Source: Psammoneis japonica
Lineage: Eukaryota
Length of the DNA: 56,161 bases
Assembly (NCBI GenBank): GCA_008632985.1
Contig: QPGO01000127.1
Span: 186,001-242,161 of the forward strand
Reading direction: 5' to 3'
A program made the translations under genes and the position numbers. Numbering within the stretch: position 1 is the first letter of the stretch; every line of letters begins with the position of its first letter. Positions 12,301-24,029 of this stretch are shown one piece after another. The notes beneath the pieces were generated by a model that ran no database searches, was not told the DNA's origin, and saw nothing but the letters and a program-made list of their open reading frames with translations.

Positions 12301-12317
12301 CAGCATGGCACAGCATG
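9316..12317 (+). pseudogene. Glycosyltransferase family 8 (glycogenin/GUX-like) pseudogene, TE-interrupted and hypermutated
   Basis: Decayed GT8 motifs across frames: 'DCIHGAVALGASI', 'TCAKMMALGLAECKCVVFVDASALAVGPLDELLDC', 'HFNMGSML', 'SDQIFLNHVHP'. Consensus Tyr positions read Cys/His. The 5' part at 9316-9663 is inferred. Confidence 0.75.
9664..10975. mobile_element. Non-autonomous TIR DNA transposon, 27-bp perfect TIRs, 4-bp TSD AAGC
   Basis: GATGTGTTTTCATCCCAGGTGAGAAAC at 9664-9690 and its reverse complement at 10949-10975. AAGC at 9660-9663 and 10976-10979. Confidence 0.88.
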
Positions 12318-14167
12318 ATTGACGAGTCTTGTCCACATGTTGTTGAGGGTGTTGATGTTTGGGTTTTTGAGTGCAAGACTTGGAAAACTGCGTTTGCCTG
12401 CCATGCAACAGTTTGGCTTGCTCAAGAGGCACATTCTGCCATTTCTTCACAGGCACGCGCATGTGGTTTCCATGCCAGTTCTGTGCAATGCAGCTCCAGA
12501 TTGGGTCTGCCATCTGTGAAGAGCAAGCAAGTCTAGATTGAGCCCGCTGGCAGCGAAGAGCAAGCAAGTCTTGTCTGAGATGTCTGCAGCAGCAACAACG
12601 ATGGAGGCAGGCCCTGTGGCAGACTGCTGTTCAAAACAGAAAGCCGCTTGGTCTTTCAATGTTTGGCTTTCCACAGAGGCACTTGCTTGGTTCGTCATCA
12701 TTGCAAATTCAGTCTTTGACCAGAGTCGCCTCTGGAGCAATTGGGGGCACCATGACCATCCAACTTGGCCTTTTGTGGCACCATCTTCAGGCAATCAGCC
12801 ACTGCAGCTGCCACCTGCCTGTTGCAGATCATCTCTCACGAGTGCCTTGTTGCTGCTGGCTTGGTGGGAGCATCCTTCAGCACCTCTCCTTCTTTCACTC
12901 AGAGCCCTTCTGGGCTTGGCAGGAGGGCCGTTGGACCTTTGCTTTGTTGGCTCCTGCAACAGCCGATCTGGACATGAAGTTCATGGTCTTTGCTCTGCTG
13001 CTGACACTTCCAGAACATTTTGGCCTGCCAAGGCTCCCACGCTCCAGCTTGTTCATCTCTGCCATGGAGCTCCTGCTGGCACACTTTCGGCGGCTCTTGG
13101 AGGTGGCTTTCACAGCCAACAACCTCTCTCCACTCTTCTCCACAGAGTGCCTCCTCTTTGCTCCTCTTCACCAGCTGCTGCTCAATCTTTTGCTGTGCAC
13201 TCACAAGGTGTGCAAACATTGGGAATTGAGCAAGGCACATCATCTCGCCCACTCGTTTCACTTCTTGTGCTGCCTCGTGGAGCTGTTGGGCTTGCTCTTT
13301 GCTTGGGACTCACAGGACAGGCTGGTCCATCTGGTGGCTGATTCCCACTGCAGCTGCTCCAAACTGCCCGTGCTGAAGCCAACTGTGCAGTGTGGCAGAG
13401 TGTGTCAAATGATCACAGCCATCCTGGCACACTGGACAGAACAAACCGTCAGCCCATTTGAGACAAATCTGCACTCTGACATGAGGTTGTGCTCTGCCCC
13501 ACCTGATGTGGTGCCAGCTCCCTTGCCAACAGCAGCATGCAAAAATGCTCTCTGGCTGCTCCCGCTGGATCTGCAGACCCACTCTCTCAAAAAGGGAAAA
13601 AGCTCAAGGAAGGGTCACCAAAGATCTGCACTGTTGCTGGCAAGTGCCTGTTCAAACAGAAATCTGAGGCTGACACCTGCAAATTTGGGGATCTTTTTGT
13701 TCTCTCCATGCGCACAGCCCACCTTCTGTCACCACCACAGGCACCAAGAAAGGAGCCAACATTTGTTTGTCCTTCACGACAGAAGGTGGACCCAACCCGG
13801 GATGCACCAACAAGCACTGCTCCATGTTGCACATTGATCTGGCAAAGAACAAATGGACCTCATGGCCGGTCGGCAACTTCGCGGACTTGTGTGATTGGAT
13901 CCATTGCCCAGCCATCACAGCGAAGCTGGCCCCTGCTAAGGCCTTTGCTGAATTGGTCATGTTTCAGCCCACAGCTTCATCTGAGGCATCCAGCTGGGAT
14001 GCATGCCACCCAGCATCGCTGTCGCCTCTCTCGCCCATGAGCCCAAAGAGCCATCTGACAGCGGTGATGGCTGGGGTGTCCCCCTTTCTGGGCTCCTTTG
14101 TCAAGCTGAGAAAAAGAAAGTGAAACTTGGCACTCACACACATCCCGCCCTCACATTCAAAGCTGGA

Positions 14168-14258
14168 ATCATTTTGGAATGAGATCCCATGGGACACAGT
14201 CCGGTCAAAGGATCATGTTGTCTTTGACATTCGTTGGTCTCAATTTAAGCATCCCCAA
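14168..14258 (+). repeat. ~90-bp dispersed repeat, second copy at ~24831-24920
   Basis: Both copies contain CGGTCAAAGGATCATGTTG and end in CAATTTAA(G)CATCCCCAAG; probably a decayed TE terminus. Confidence 0.75.
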
Positions 14259-15139
14259 GTGAGAGGGTGGGCCGACAATCTTGCTGGGGCCAAAAGAGTT
14301 TCCAAGGCCGTCATCAACATGCAGAAGAAAGTTTTCAAAGTGAGGAAGGGACAAAGGAACATGGAAGACAACAGGGAGGGGACGTTCACCATCGGCCGCA
14401 AGTGCCAGGAAAAAGAAAATGACAGATTGGAAGTGATGCTAAGTTGGTGGAGGAATTGGAGGACTCAAGGAGGACAGTGACAGGGTGGAAGCTTGAGGGA
14501 AAAGCAAGGAGGAGCTGAAGGATCAAAGAGAAAATGGGCAAAATGGGGTGGCAGTGGAAGGACTGCAAATGGAGGAAAATGGGACGCAGATGAAGTGCTC
14601 GCGCAGAAGGTGATCAGAGGAAGAGTGATGTCATGGCAAGTGAAGCCTGGCAAGTCTGCATTGGAGCAATGTTGATGCAGCAGATGAAGAGGGATGAGAT
14701 TTGGAGAGTCTTGGTGACACCAAGTTTTGGAGTCAAAGGTTGGGGAATCAGAGCATGCGGTTGTGTTGCCAGCAGCAGGATGAAGTGAAAAGAGAAGGAA
14801 AAGAAGGAGACCATCATGTTGGTGGTGCAGCTGTGCTTGATGGAGCGTGGATTGTTGTCAGAGGAGGATGAAGCATGAAAGACATCAGAAGGATGGCAAA
14901 GGTCACCAGAAGGATCATCAAATGGATCTGGGTCAAAGAAATGCTGGCACATGTCAAAGTGACAATCAGCAAAAAAAGGCTGGCAAGTGCCTGGTCAAAG
15001 ATTCTTGTGTGTCATGGGAAAACTGCTGGCTTTTAATCCAGCAGAGTGACACAGCAGTTGGCAACCAGCACAATTGCCGAAGGTGTTGGCATGGTCATGT
15101 TGAAGGAAGGAAAAAGCAAAAGTGTTGAAACATCATTGT

Positions 15140-15570
15140 TGCAGTGTGCCTCGCTGCTGGACAACACGGCGAGACCGTGCATGAGCCTCTTGTGTGTGGC
15201 AACGTAGTGTTGTTAACACGCACCTGGGAAGCACGACCACAGGAGGGCGTGGCTCCAGGTCTCAGGCAATTCCAGATGGATGCTGAGAGAGCATCCGTGT
15301 GAAGCACACTAGCCCGTCGTCTGGCCCACGATGGCAGCGTGATTCCACACGATGACATCACTCGTGCATGGCGCGTGATGGCTTCATTCACACGATCCAC
15401 AATGCGAGTGCACGATCGATTCAATGCGATCCAAATGCGAACGAACAGGGATTTGGCAAGATTCCCCATTCGCACGATCCCATTTTCTCTGCTCTGAACT
15501 GGCCCACAATTTTCACAATGACAAAGTCGTAACACATCTTCTTTTCAGCGCCCAGTGCATGCACAGGGCA
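15140..15570 (+). repeat. 5' LTR of Gypsy-1
   Basis: Direct repeat of 22437-22867. Confidence 0.95.
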
Positions 15571-15664
15571 CAGCAATGTTGCTCCCGCACATTGTGCGAG
15601 GTGACGAAATCTGCAGAAACGAAACTGCGAAATGTTGGCAGGACCGACAAATCTTAAAACGACC

Positions 15665-18600
15665 ATGAAGAAGCGGATTGAGCCACCGACTCCATTTGCA
15701 CGGCCAGAGAAGAAAGAGCTGCAGCAAGGCGAGTGCCAGACGTTCAAGCTGCGTAACAACCCCACTGATCCGGACAGTCCAATGCACAAGATGGGCATTC
15801 CGCACCTTTCTGCGGCTGCATGCAAGACACTCCTGATCTTTCTGTGCAACGTGGATCGCGTGCACGAAGGACAAAACATCACGACCGGGCCAGCGAAATT
15901 TGCCCTTGTGCGTGACCTGCTGCAGGGCGATGCTCTGACGTCATTTGACAATGCCGCTGACAAGCAGGCATCCCAAACCAATGCTGCATGCGCAGCATGC
16001 GTCGCAAAGCTAAAGGAAAGTGTCTTCCCACATGGGGCGGCACCATTGCAGAAGCGTTGTCTGAGGCGCTTCATGTGCAAGCCCGCAGAGGTTTCTGCTC
16101 GTGACTGCGTCGCGAGGGCTGTTGAAATTAACGGCCACATCTCTCAGTTTCCACCCGTGACGGAGGATGGAGAAGCACCGGCACCATCACCTGATGACGA
16201 ACCATGCAACATGTTCAAGTGCGGTGTGCCGAACGCATGGCAGAAGTTCATGACGCTGCAGAATTTTGACCTGTTGGTGCGTGCTGTCGCCGAATTCATG
16301 CAGTTCTGTGAGCGCATCGAGCAGGTCGAGCTTGCCGAAGGTAACCAGGACCAACATGCTAAGGTTCCACACAAGCGGGGACGTAGAACGGACAATCCTG
16401 AGTCATTGATCACGACCCAACGGAACACCCAGAAGTCGTGCACGCTGCACGGGACTAACTGTGGACATCATGCGGAGGATTGCCGTCAGCTCAAGCACCA
16501 CACGGTGCCAATCTCAGTGACATGGCATCGCAGAAACATGTTCTTTGTGCCAGAGACACACATTTATGAACAATGTGTTTCGCTGGCAGCACTGCCGACA
16601 GATTTCTCTTTTTTCCACACTTCACCGTGACGAAAAAAATGGTGAGTCGCCGTTGCTTTCGACGATGTCGTTCGCCAGAAGTGATGAGTGCGAGTGTGAT
16701 GTTTCAACAAATTGTTGCCAATCAATGTCAGCACTGACGACATCACCAAAAACATCACACTCACACTCATCAGGAGACCGTTTTTGGACGATGCCACTGT
16801 TGGCACCGCTGCAAAGCAAAATGGCATGTGCAGCTGCTTTCGACGATGTCGTTTGCCAGAAGTGATGAGTGCGAGTGTGATGTTTTGACAAATTGTTGCC
16901 AATCAACGTCAATGCCAATGACATTGATAAAAACATCACACTCATGTTCATCAGGAGACCGTTTTGTGACGACCCTGCTGTTGGCACCGCTGCAAAGCAA
17001 AATGGCACGTGCAGCTGCGCTGTTGATGACACAGTTTGCCGAAAACAACACGTGTGAGGACCATGTTTTGATGCAACATTGGTGTTCAATGTCAATGCCA
17101 ACCACACATGCAAAAACATTGCTCTTGCACTCATCAGGAGACCGTTTTGTGACGACCCTGCTGTCTGCTGTTGTCGCCGTGACAAATGTTTCAGCATGTT
17201 CCCTCGGCGAGTCAAAAGTTGGGAATGCTCGTTGCTTGTTCACTTTGGCTCTTGTGGTCAGCTCTCATGCTGTCTTGTGGACACATGGGAATGGAAAAAT
17301 GGTGCTCACGAAGCGCACTGCCATTTGGTGGTGGCTTTGATGCGCCCAGACCAGTCCATCTCGTCGTTTTTCAGCATGTTCCCTCCACCGAGTCAACAGG
17401 CAAGAACACTCATTGCGCTTTCACTTTGGCCCTTCTAGTCATCTCTCATGTTGTCTTACAGACACATGTGAGTGCAAAAACAGTGTTCAGGGAATGCATT
17501 TGGAGGCCCTCTGATGGCTTGTCCCGTCTCTTCCGTTCGCCGTCGGCAGTTTTCGGAAGGTTCGCACTTCAGTGCGTCATTCCAGTTCCTCTCTTTGCAC
17601 CTGATTGGCTTGATGTTTGCCACAATGACATGCAAACAATCCACAAAAAACAACTGTGTTGCACTGGGTTTAGAAGTTCTTCAGACAGCAGGAGCGACTA
17701 GCCACCCCCTGACCTTGACGACCAAATGCGCCCAAAAATGCCAAGTTCCGGCCTCTCCTTGTGCCACCAAGGTCGCAAATTGCAATGAGTCAAACATGCA
17801 TCTCGTCATGACAACCCAAAACAATGTTGGATGCACTGTTGCAATGCGGCACTCTGCACCGTTCCCAGCCCCACAAGCGACCGGCAACTGCAGACCGAGG
17901 ACCAAAGCTCGAAACAAAAATGTTGTGTTCCAGCCTCTCATTGCACCACCAAGACCGCATGCTGCAATGACTCAAGCACACATCTCGTCATGACGACCCA
18001 AAGCAACACTGGATGCCCTGATGCAGTTTTCTGCATCATTTCCAGCCCCACAAACAACCGGCAACCAACAACCAGAGAAAACAAAAAACCTCCATGTCCA
18101 TCTAAATGCCAAAGAAACATGAAACCTTTGGAAGATTCCAACAAAACAACTGCACCACCAAACTCAGCGTGTTCGAATCACCTTGCACCAATGTCATTGA
18201 CGCCAAAATGTCGTCCCACTGATGGCCGATTTGTGAACAGAGACAAGTTGCGGAGAAAACAAAAAACTACCCTGTCCATCCAAATGCCAAAGAAACACAA
18301 AACCTTTGGAAGACACCAAAAAAAAACCAGCACAATCGTGCTCATTACACTCGAATTGCCTTGAATCAATGCTCTTGACCCTGTGACATTTTCCCAGTGA
18401 CGGTGCATTCATGAACGCCGTGCCGCCATGGTTGTTTTGTTCTCGCCTTTTTCACGAGTCCAGACAGTTTTTGAGGTTGTGGGCCCAAACCACACTGTGT
18501 CGCTCCGCGCGCAGAAAAAAAGCACCGTGACCACGTGAAACGTGTCAAGACTGGACGCTCCAGTGACGGAGGCAGCAAGCCCAATGCAAAACCTCGGAAT

Positions 18601-18741
18601 GAGGAAGATGTCAATGCTCTCATCGGATCGAAGGTCGAGGAGTTCTTTGCCAACGCTCAGAAAAAGCGCAAGGCACGCGAGGAGGAGCTCAATCACTTCC
18701 GCGACCTCAACTTGAGTGATTCCGAAGATTCGGGCGCCTGA
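15665..18741 (+). pseudogene. Gypsy-1 gag, split by the 16501-18529 insertion
   Basis: Gag-like ORF ending in a CxxHxxxxxHxxxxC knuckle. Removing the insert plus one TSD restores the frame (..CRQLKHHVKRVK..). Confidence 0.8.
16501..18529. mobile_element. Non-autonomous DNA transposon with CAC...GTG termini and 4-bp TSD ACCA (Chapaev/CMC-like), filled with ~180-bp internal repeats
   Basis: Starts CACGGTGC, ends GCACCGTG. ACCA at 16497-16500 and 18530-18533. Superfamily assignment is inferred from termini and TSD length only. Confidence 0.8.
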
Positions 18742-21700
18742 GAAGGGGGCCGACACGATGCAGGCAGTTTTGGCACATTGGATGAATGTGTGAATGAACA
18801 ACTGAATTACCATCGTACACGTGTTGCAGGCCAATCCCGCAAACGAGTTAAAAAGACTCATCTTGCTCCAATCTTGTTTACAGCTGTGAACACTAAACAT
18901 GGCAAGGGCAAGACTCAAACCATTAAGGCACTACTAGATAGTGGCGCCAGCAGTGCTCTACTCGACAGTCGACACTGTAAACGTCTGCGAAGCCATTCAA
19001 CGGCTGAGACAAACTGGACTACGGTAGCAGGCTCGTTCAGTACGTCTAACGACTGTACCGTTAAATTTTGGTTACCAGAATTATCCGAAACTGCAGAACT
19101 TAAATATACCGTCCACGTACACAACGGAAAGTTGGGCAAGTACGATATGATTATTGGACGTGACATTCTGGAGACATAAGGCATTGATATTGTCTTCTCT
19201 AAACAGATGATAGAGTGGCCATTAGTCAATGGAGAAGTACCAATGAGGCACGTAGATGCTACGGTGGAAACCTCCTTCTATCTTCAAGATCCAGAAGGCT
19301 TATCTTCGGAAACCGACCGGATTTCGCGTATTTTAGACGCTAAGTACGCGCCGGCCTGCCTCGAGGACATAACGCGAGGGACAATAGGACATTCTATAGT
19401 TCAACAAAACGACCTTTTGGCACTATTGAAACGCCATGAGTCCTTATTTGATGGGACATTAGGAGAATGGAAGGGAGAACCCTACCATATCCAACTCAAG
19501 GAGGGTGTAGAACCACACCACGCTCGTCCGTATAAAGTACCTCGTGCGTACGAAGCTACGCTACGCAAAGAAGTAGAACGCCCAGTGCGTGTCGGTGTTC
19601 TCAAACGCGTTAACCGATCCCAATGGGCAGCTCCATCATTTATCATGCCGAAGAAAGATTTAACGGCACGCTTTATTAATGATTTGAGAGAGCTGAATAA
19701 ACGGATCAAGCGATTGCCTCATCCGATTCCTCACATCCAAGATGTGCCACTTGAGCTCGAAGGCTTTGTGTGGGCTGCATCGCTGCATTTAAACATGGGC
19801 CATTGTCACACCCGATTGGATGCTGATGGCAAGAAGCTCTGCACGCTCATCTTCCCGTGGGGCAAGCATGAGATGCAGGCATTGCCCATGGGATTGTGCA
19901 ACTCGCCAGACATTTTCCAAGAACGCATGTCAGGCTCATTTGAGGATCTGTCGTTCGTTCGAACGCACTTGGATGACCTTCTCGTCGTGACGAAAGGCAC
20001 CTGTGAAGATCACCTCAACAAACTTGAAGAAGTTTTGTTGAGGGTCCAGAAAGCAGGACCAAAAGTCAACGCAACTAAATCTCACTTCTGTCAAACCCAG
20101 TTGGAGTGCTTGGGTTGTCTGGTCAACAGAGACGGAATGCGACCAACACCTGACAAAGTCGACGCCATTGAACGAATCGCGACCCCAACCAACAAACGCG
20201 GCCTGCGCTCATTTGTTGGCATGGTGAGCTGCTGCCGCGACACATGGATTAGACGTTCTGAAGTCTTGGCTCTGCCCAACACGACTCGCAAGCGAGACTG
20301 TCAAGTGGGAGTGGACGTCCGTTGAAGATGAGGCATTCGAAACCGTCAAACGGGTGATGTCGGATGATGTTTCATTGTCACATCCCAATTTTAACAAACC
20401 CTTTGAGATGCATGCCGATGCCTCTAAATGTCAATTGGGAGCAGTCACATCCCAAAATGACAAACCTGTCGCCTTTTACAGCAGAAAGCTCAACAGTGCG
20501 CAGTTAAATTGTGCAACAACGGAGAGAGAATCACTCGCCATTGTGGAGACGTTGAAAGAATTTCGAACGATTCTCCTTGGTCATCGTGTGATTGTGTGTG
20601 CTGATCATAAAAAATCTTGCGCACAAAGCACTCAACACCGAGCGCGTCATGCGCTGGCGGCTGACATGCGAAAAATGCGGCCCCGAATTACGTTGTGTTG
20701 AGGGCACCCACAACCCAGTCGCTGACGCTCTTGGTCGCCTTCGACCAGCACCCAGCTTGCCTTCCGAGGCCAATCCGGATGTAAAAGACACTCCATCGAG
20801 TCGTCCTTTGCATGAAGCTTTTAATGCAGACGCACAAGAGGAGATGTCTCTGCCCGTTGGCTTCAAGCGCATTCAAAAAGCACAACAAAAGGACAAGCGC
20901 CTGCTCTCACGAGCCAAGGACTCGTCCGACTGCTCCATTCGCGCATGTCGTGGGGGGAGGGTCATCACGACAGTTAATCTGTCATGAGGACAAAATCGCA
21001 GTGCCACAGTCATTGCAGGTTCCGCCCAACTGAATGGTGCCACGAGACACTGTGTCATCCAGGTGAGACACGTGCGGAAACATCTGTTGCCCAGCACTTC
21101 TGTTGGCCTGGTGTGAGGTCTACGGTGCATTCTACGTGCGTTAAGTGCGATCGATGCCAGAAGACAAAACGCCGAACGCAGCGTTGTGGGAAGCCACCAG
21201 AAAAGGTCGCAGAGACAATTCCATGGGAGACTCCATGCACAGACATGACAGGGCCACATGAAATTCAAAGACGCGGAAAGGACACTTTGCAATTGTGGTC
21301 AGTCACAATGATTGACCCAGCAACCGGGTGGTTCGAGATTAAAGAAGTGTCTGCGAAACGCGCAGACGTCGCAGCAAACGTCGTGGAACAAACGTGGCCA
21401 CGCAGATGTCCGTGGCCAACCCAGGTGGTTTGTGACCGTGGGACAGAATTTATGGCAGAATTTAGCCAGATGATTAAAAATGACTGTGGGATTTTGAAGA
21501 AACCCACAAGCAAACGGAATCCACAGGCGAATGCCATGGTGGAACGTGTGCACCAGACACTTGGTGACATGGTGCGTTCCTTTTCAGTGCAGGACATGGA
21601 GCTGGACGAAGATGACCCATGGAGTGGCATCCTCTCCGCAGCAGCCTTCGCTGTCAGAGCTGCGGCACATGCGACCACGCGTGCAAGTCCCATGCAATTG

Positions 21701-22397
21701 GTCTTCGGACGCAATGCGGTTTTGTCTGTTGCCCATCGTGCCAAGTGGAAGCACACAGAAACTAGAAAGCAGAAGCTCATCCACTTGAACAACAAGCGTG
21801 AAAATCAGAAACGCAAGGAGCATCAATGTGCCGCAGGGCAATTGGCACTTGTCAAACAGGAACAATCCTCTAAGTGCGGTTCTGACAGCTGTGCAGGACC
21901 CGCCAGAGTTGTCCGTGCACATGACAACGGCACGTTGCGTGTCCAGAACGGAGCGCTGACAGACGGGTTCCAGTCCTAGGTGGGACTCCGTGTGACATTG
22001 GGCCCGTAGAATTCTACGTGCGAGCTCTGTAGTACGAGAATTTAATTAATGGATGTGTTTATCTTCACTGTCAAATAAACGGCCAAGTTTGTGGTACAAA
22101 TATGCCTCTTGCCACTCGACGTTTTTGCAAATGCGCCTGCCCTACGCGATTCTTAAGACATTGTAGAATCGCGCTGTAACAAAAAATGTCAAAAGTTGTT
22201 GGACGGATCGCTCAATAAGTGTACCGTAAAATGACACAAAATATCGAAAAAATCACGTAGAAATCTACGTGCGCGACATACAACGTGATTCAAAAAACTA
22301 TCGATGTCACAGTTCAGTAGTACGAGGTCCCACCTAGACCTGGAACGCGTCGACAGACACGTGCAATCTACGGCAGATTGCACCCTGTCGCCAGTGA
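18742..22397 (+). pseudogene. Gypsy-1 pol (protease, RT, RNase H, integrase) with stop, frameshifts and Tyr->Cys/His substitutions
   Basis: LLDSGA; LPMGLCNSPDIFQ; THLDD (from YLDD); DASKCQLGAV; HETLCHPG..C..C; DRGTEF; PQANAMVERVH. Confidence 0.92.
21962..22351. mobile_element. MITE (390 bp) inserted in Gypsy-1 integrase, TSD GACA
   Basis: TIR GACGGGTTCCAGTCCTAGGTGGGAC versus the reverse complement of GTCCCACCTAGACCTGGAACGCGTC. GACA at 21958-21961 and 22352-22355. Removal restores GALTDTCNLRQIAP. Confidence 0.9.
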
Positions 22398-22436
22398 GAC
22401 ATCCTGTCACTTAACGGCCCTGATCATGGGGGAGTG

Positions 22437-22867
22437 TGCAGCATGCCTCGCCACTGGACAACACGGCGAGACCGTGCACAAGCCTCTTGTGCGTGGCAAC
22501 GCAGTGTTGTTAACACGCACCTGGGAAGCACGACCACAGGAGGGCGTGGCTCTGGGTCTCAGGCAATTCCAGAAGGATGCCAAGAGAGCATCCGTGTGAA
22601 GCACACTGGCCCATCGTCTGGCCCACGATGGCAGCGTGATTCCACACGATGACATCACTCGTGCATGGCGCGTGATGGCTTCATTCGCACGATCCACAAT
22701 GCGAACGCACGATCGATTTAATGCGATCCAAATGCAAACGAATAGGGATTTGGCAAGATTCCCCATTCACACGATCCCATTTTCTCTACTCTAAACTAGC
22801 TCACAATTTTCACAACGACAAAGTCGCAACACATCTTCTTTTCAGCGCCTGGCACATGCATGGGGCA
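22437..22867 (+). repeat. 3' LTR of Gypsy-1
   Basis: Direct repeat of 15140-15570, followed by TSD TTGT. Confidence 0.95.
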
Positions 22868-24029
22868 TTGTGTGACACCCAGATGTCAGTTTGAAGCAAC
22901 CCAGAAACATTGAAAGGAGAGATGCTTTTGACTTCTGACATGCAGTTCTTGACAAAATGGGACATTCTTTGAAGAGATCAGAGCTGCCGTTGACATCCTG
23001 TCATGTGTGTTTTGTTCTTGCACTTTGGAAAAAATCATTTGGTTCACATGATGATTGTTGTTTGGCATCAAGAGGTGCCTGTTGTCACACCAGTCATGCA
23101 GTGATGCCAAGGCAACCCACAGCCACCATTGCACTGCCAAGGCAAGTGTGCTGAGCAGCACAGAAGACCCCACAGGACTCCTTTTTAGAAACATTGACTT
23201 GCTGGCTCAGCACTCACTCTGCAGAGTCATTGACACTGTGCTCAGTGCTCACAAATTTCAGATCACTGCCTGCACCAAGCCAACTCAATGCTGGCACTGT
23301 GAGTGGCAGAGGAGGTGGCAGAAGTGGCTGACATGGTCATGGCAGAGGCAACAAGAGTCCCAGGTCCTCTGACAAGAACAAGGAGACCAATGACAAGACA
23401 TGCTTTTAGCTTGAGATGAAGTTTCTCACATTTCATCACTGAGCAGCAACACCTGCAATGCAACATGCAACAAAGATGTCAAGGAAAAGGTCATCCAACA
23501 CATGCAGAAAGAATGCATTCAAGGTGTGCATTTGACAAAGTCTCTGCAAGATGTGAAATGCAAGGATTTTAAGAGGCCAAGATGCCAGCCTTGTGAGCAT
23601 CTGCAGCAACTGCATGAAAAGAAGACAGTGTGGAGTGCCAGAACAAGCTGCAACAGAAAGAATGCAAGAGGGGACAAGGAGCTGAAGCAAGCAAATGCTG
23701 TGAGGAGAAGATTGAGAAGTTGAAAGAGAACAAGACAATCATGCTTGCCAAGATTTTGGATGACTGTGCTGCACCAAACAATTCAAACAAAGGGTGCCAG
23801 CAAGCAGACCCCAGTTTCCTTGCTGTTGGATTCTGCCAATGAAACTTGTCCAACTCCTGACATTTGACTCAATGGGTTGACATCCATTCCACCTGCACAC
23901 TTGCCAAGGCCCTTTGATGCGAGGCAACAAGACAACAAATTGCTGCATGATTGCATCTCAAGATTCAAGAATCAGCAAGATGCCACCAAACAATGACTGG
24001 GAGACAAGATGCTGGGTCTTCCATTGTGC

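Larger units (their letters stand above)
15140..22867 (+). mobile_element. Ty3/Gypsy LTR retrotransposon 1 (full length, hypermutated, two nested insertions)
   Basis: 431-bp LTRs TG...CA at 15140-15570 and 22437-22867, TSD TTGT, PPT GGGGGAG before the 3' LTR, domain order gag-PR-RT-RH-IN. Confidence 0.95.

Noticed and set aside
12538..14040. Long ORFs of 267, 392 and 167 aa
   Set aside because: Overlapping in several frames, Tyr-free, no domain; explained by loss of TAA/TAG.
16650..17170. Regularly spaced repeats resembling a CRISPR array
   Set aside because: Whole ~181-bp units repeat with no unique spacers, there are no cas genes, and the context is a eukaryotic TE interior.
15140..22867. 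ADAR-type RNA editing during retrotransposition
   Set aside because: Changes occur on both strands, differ between the two LTRs, and affect non-retro sequences including host genes.
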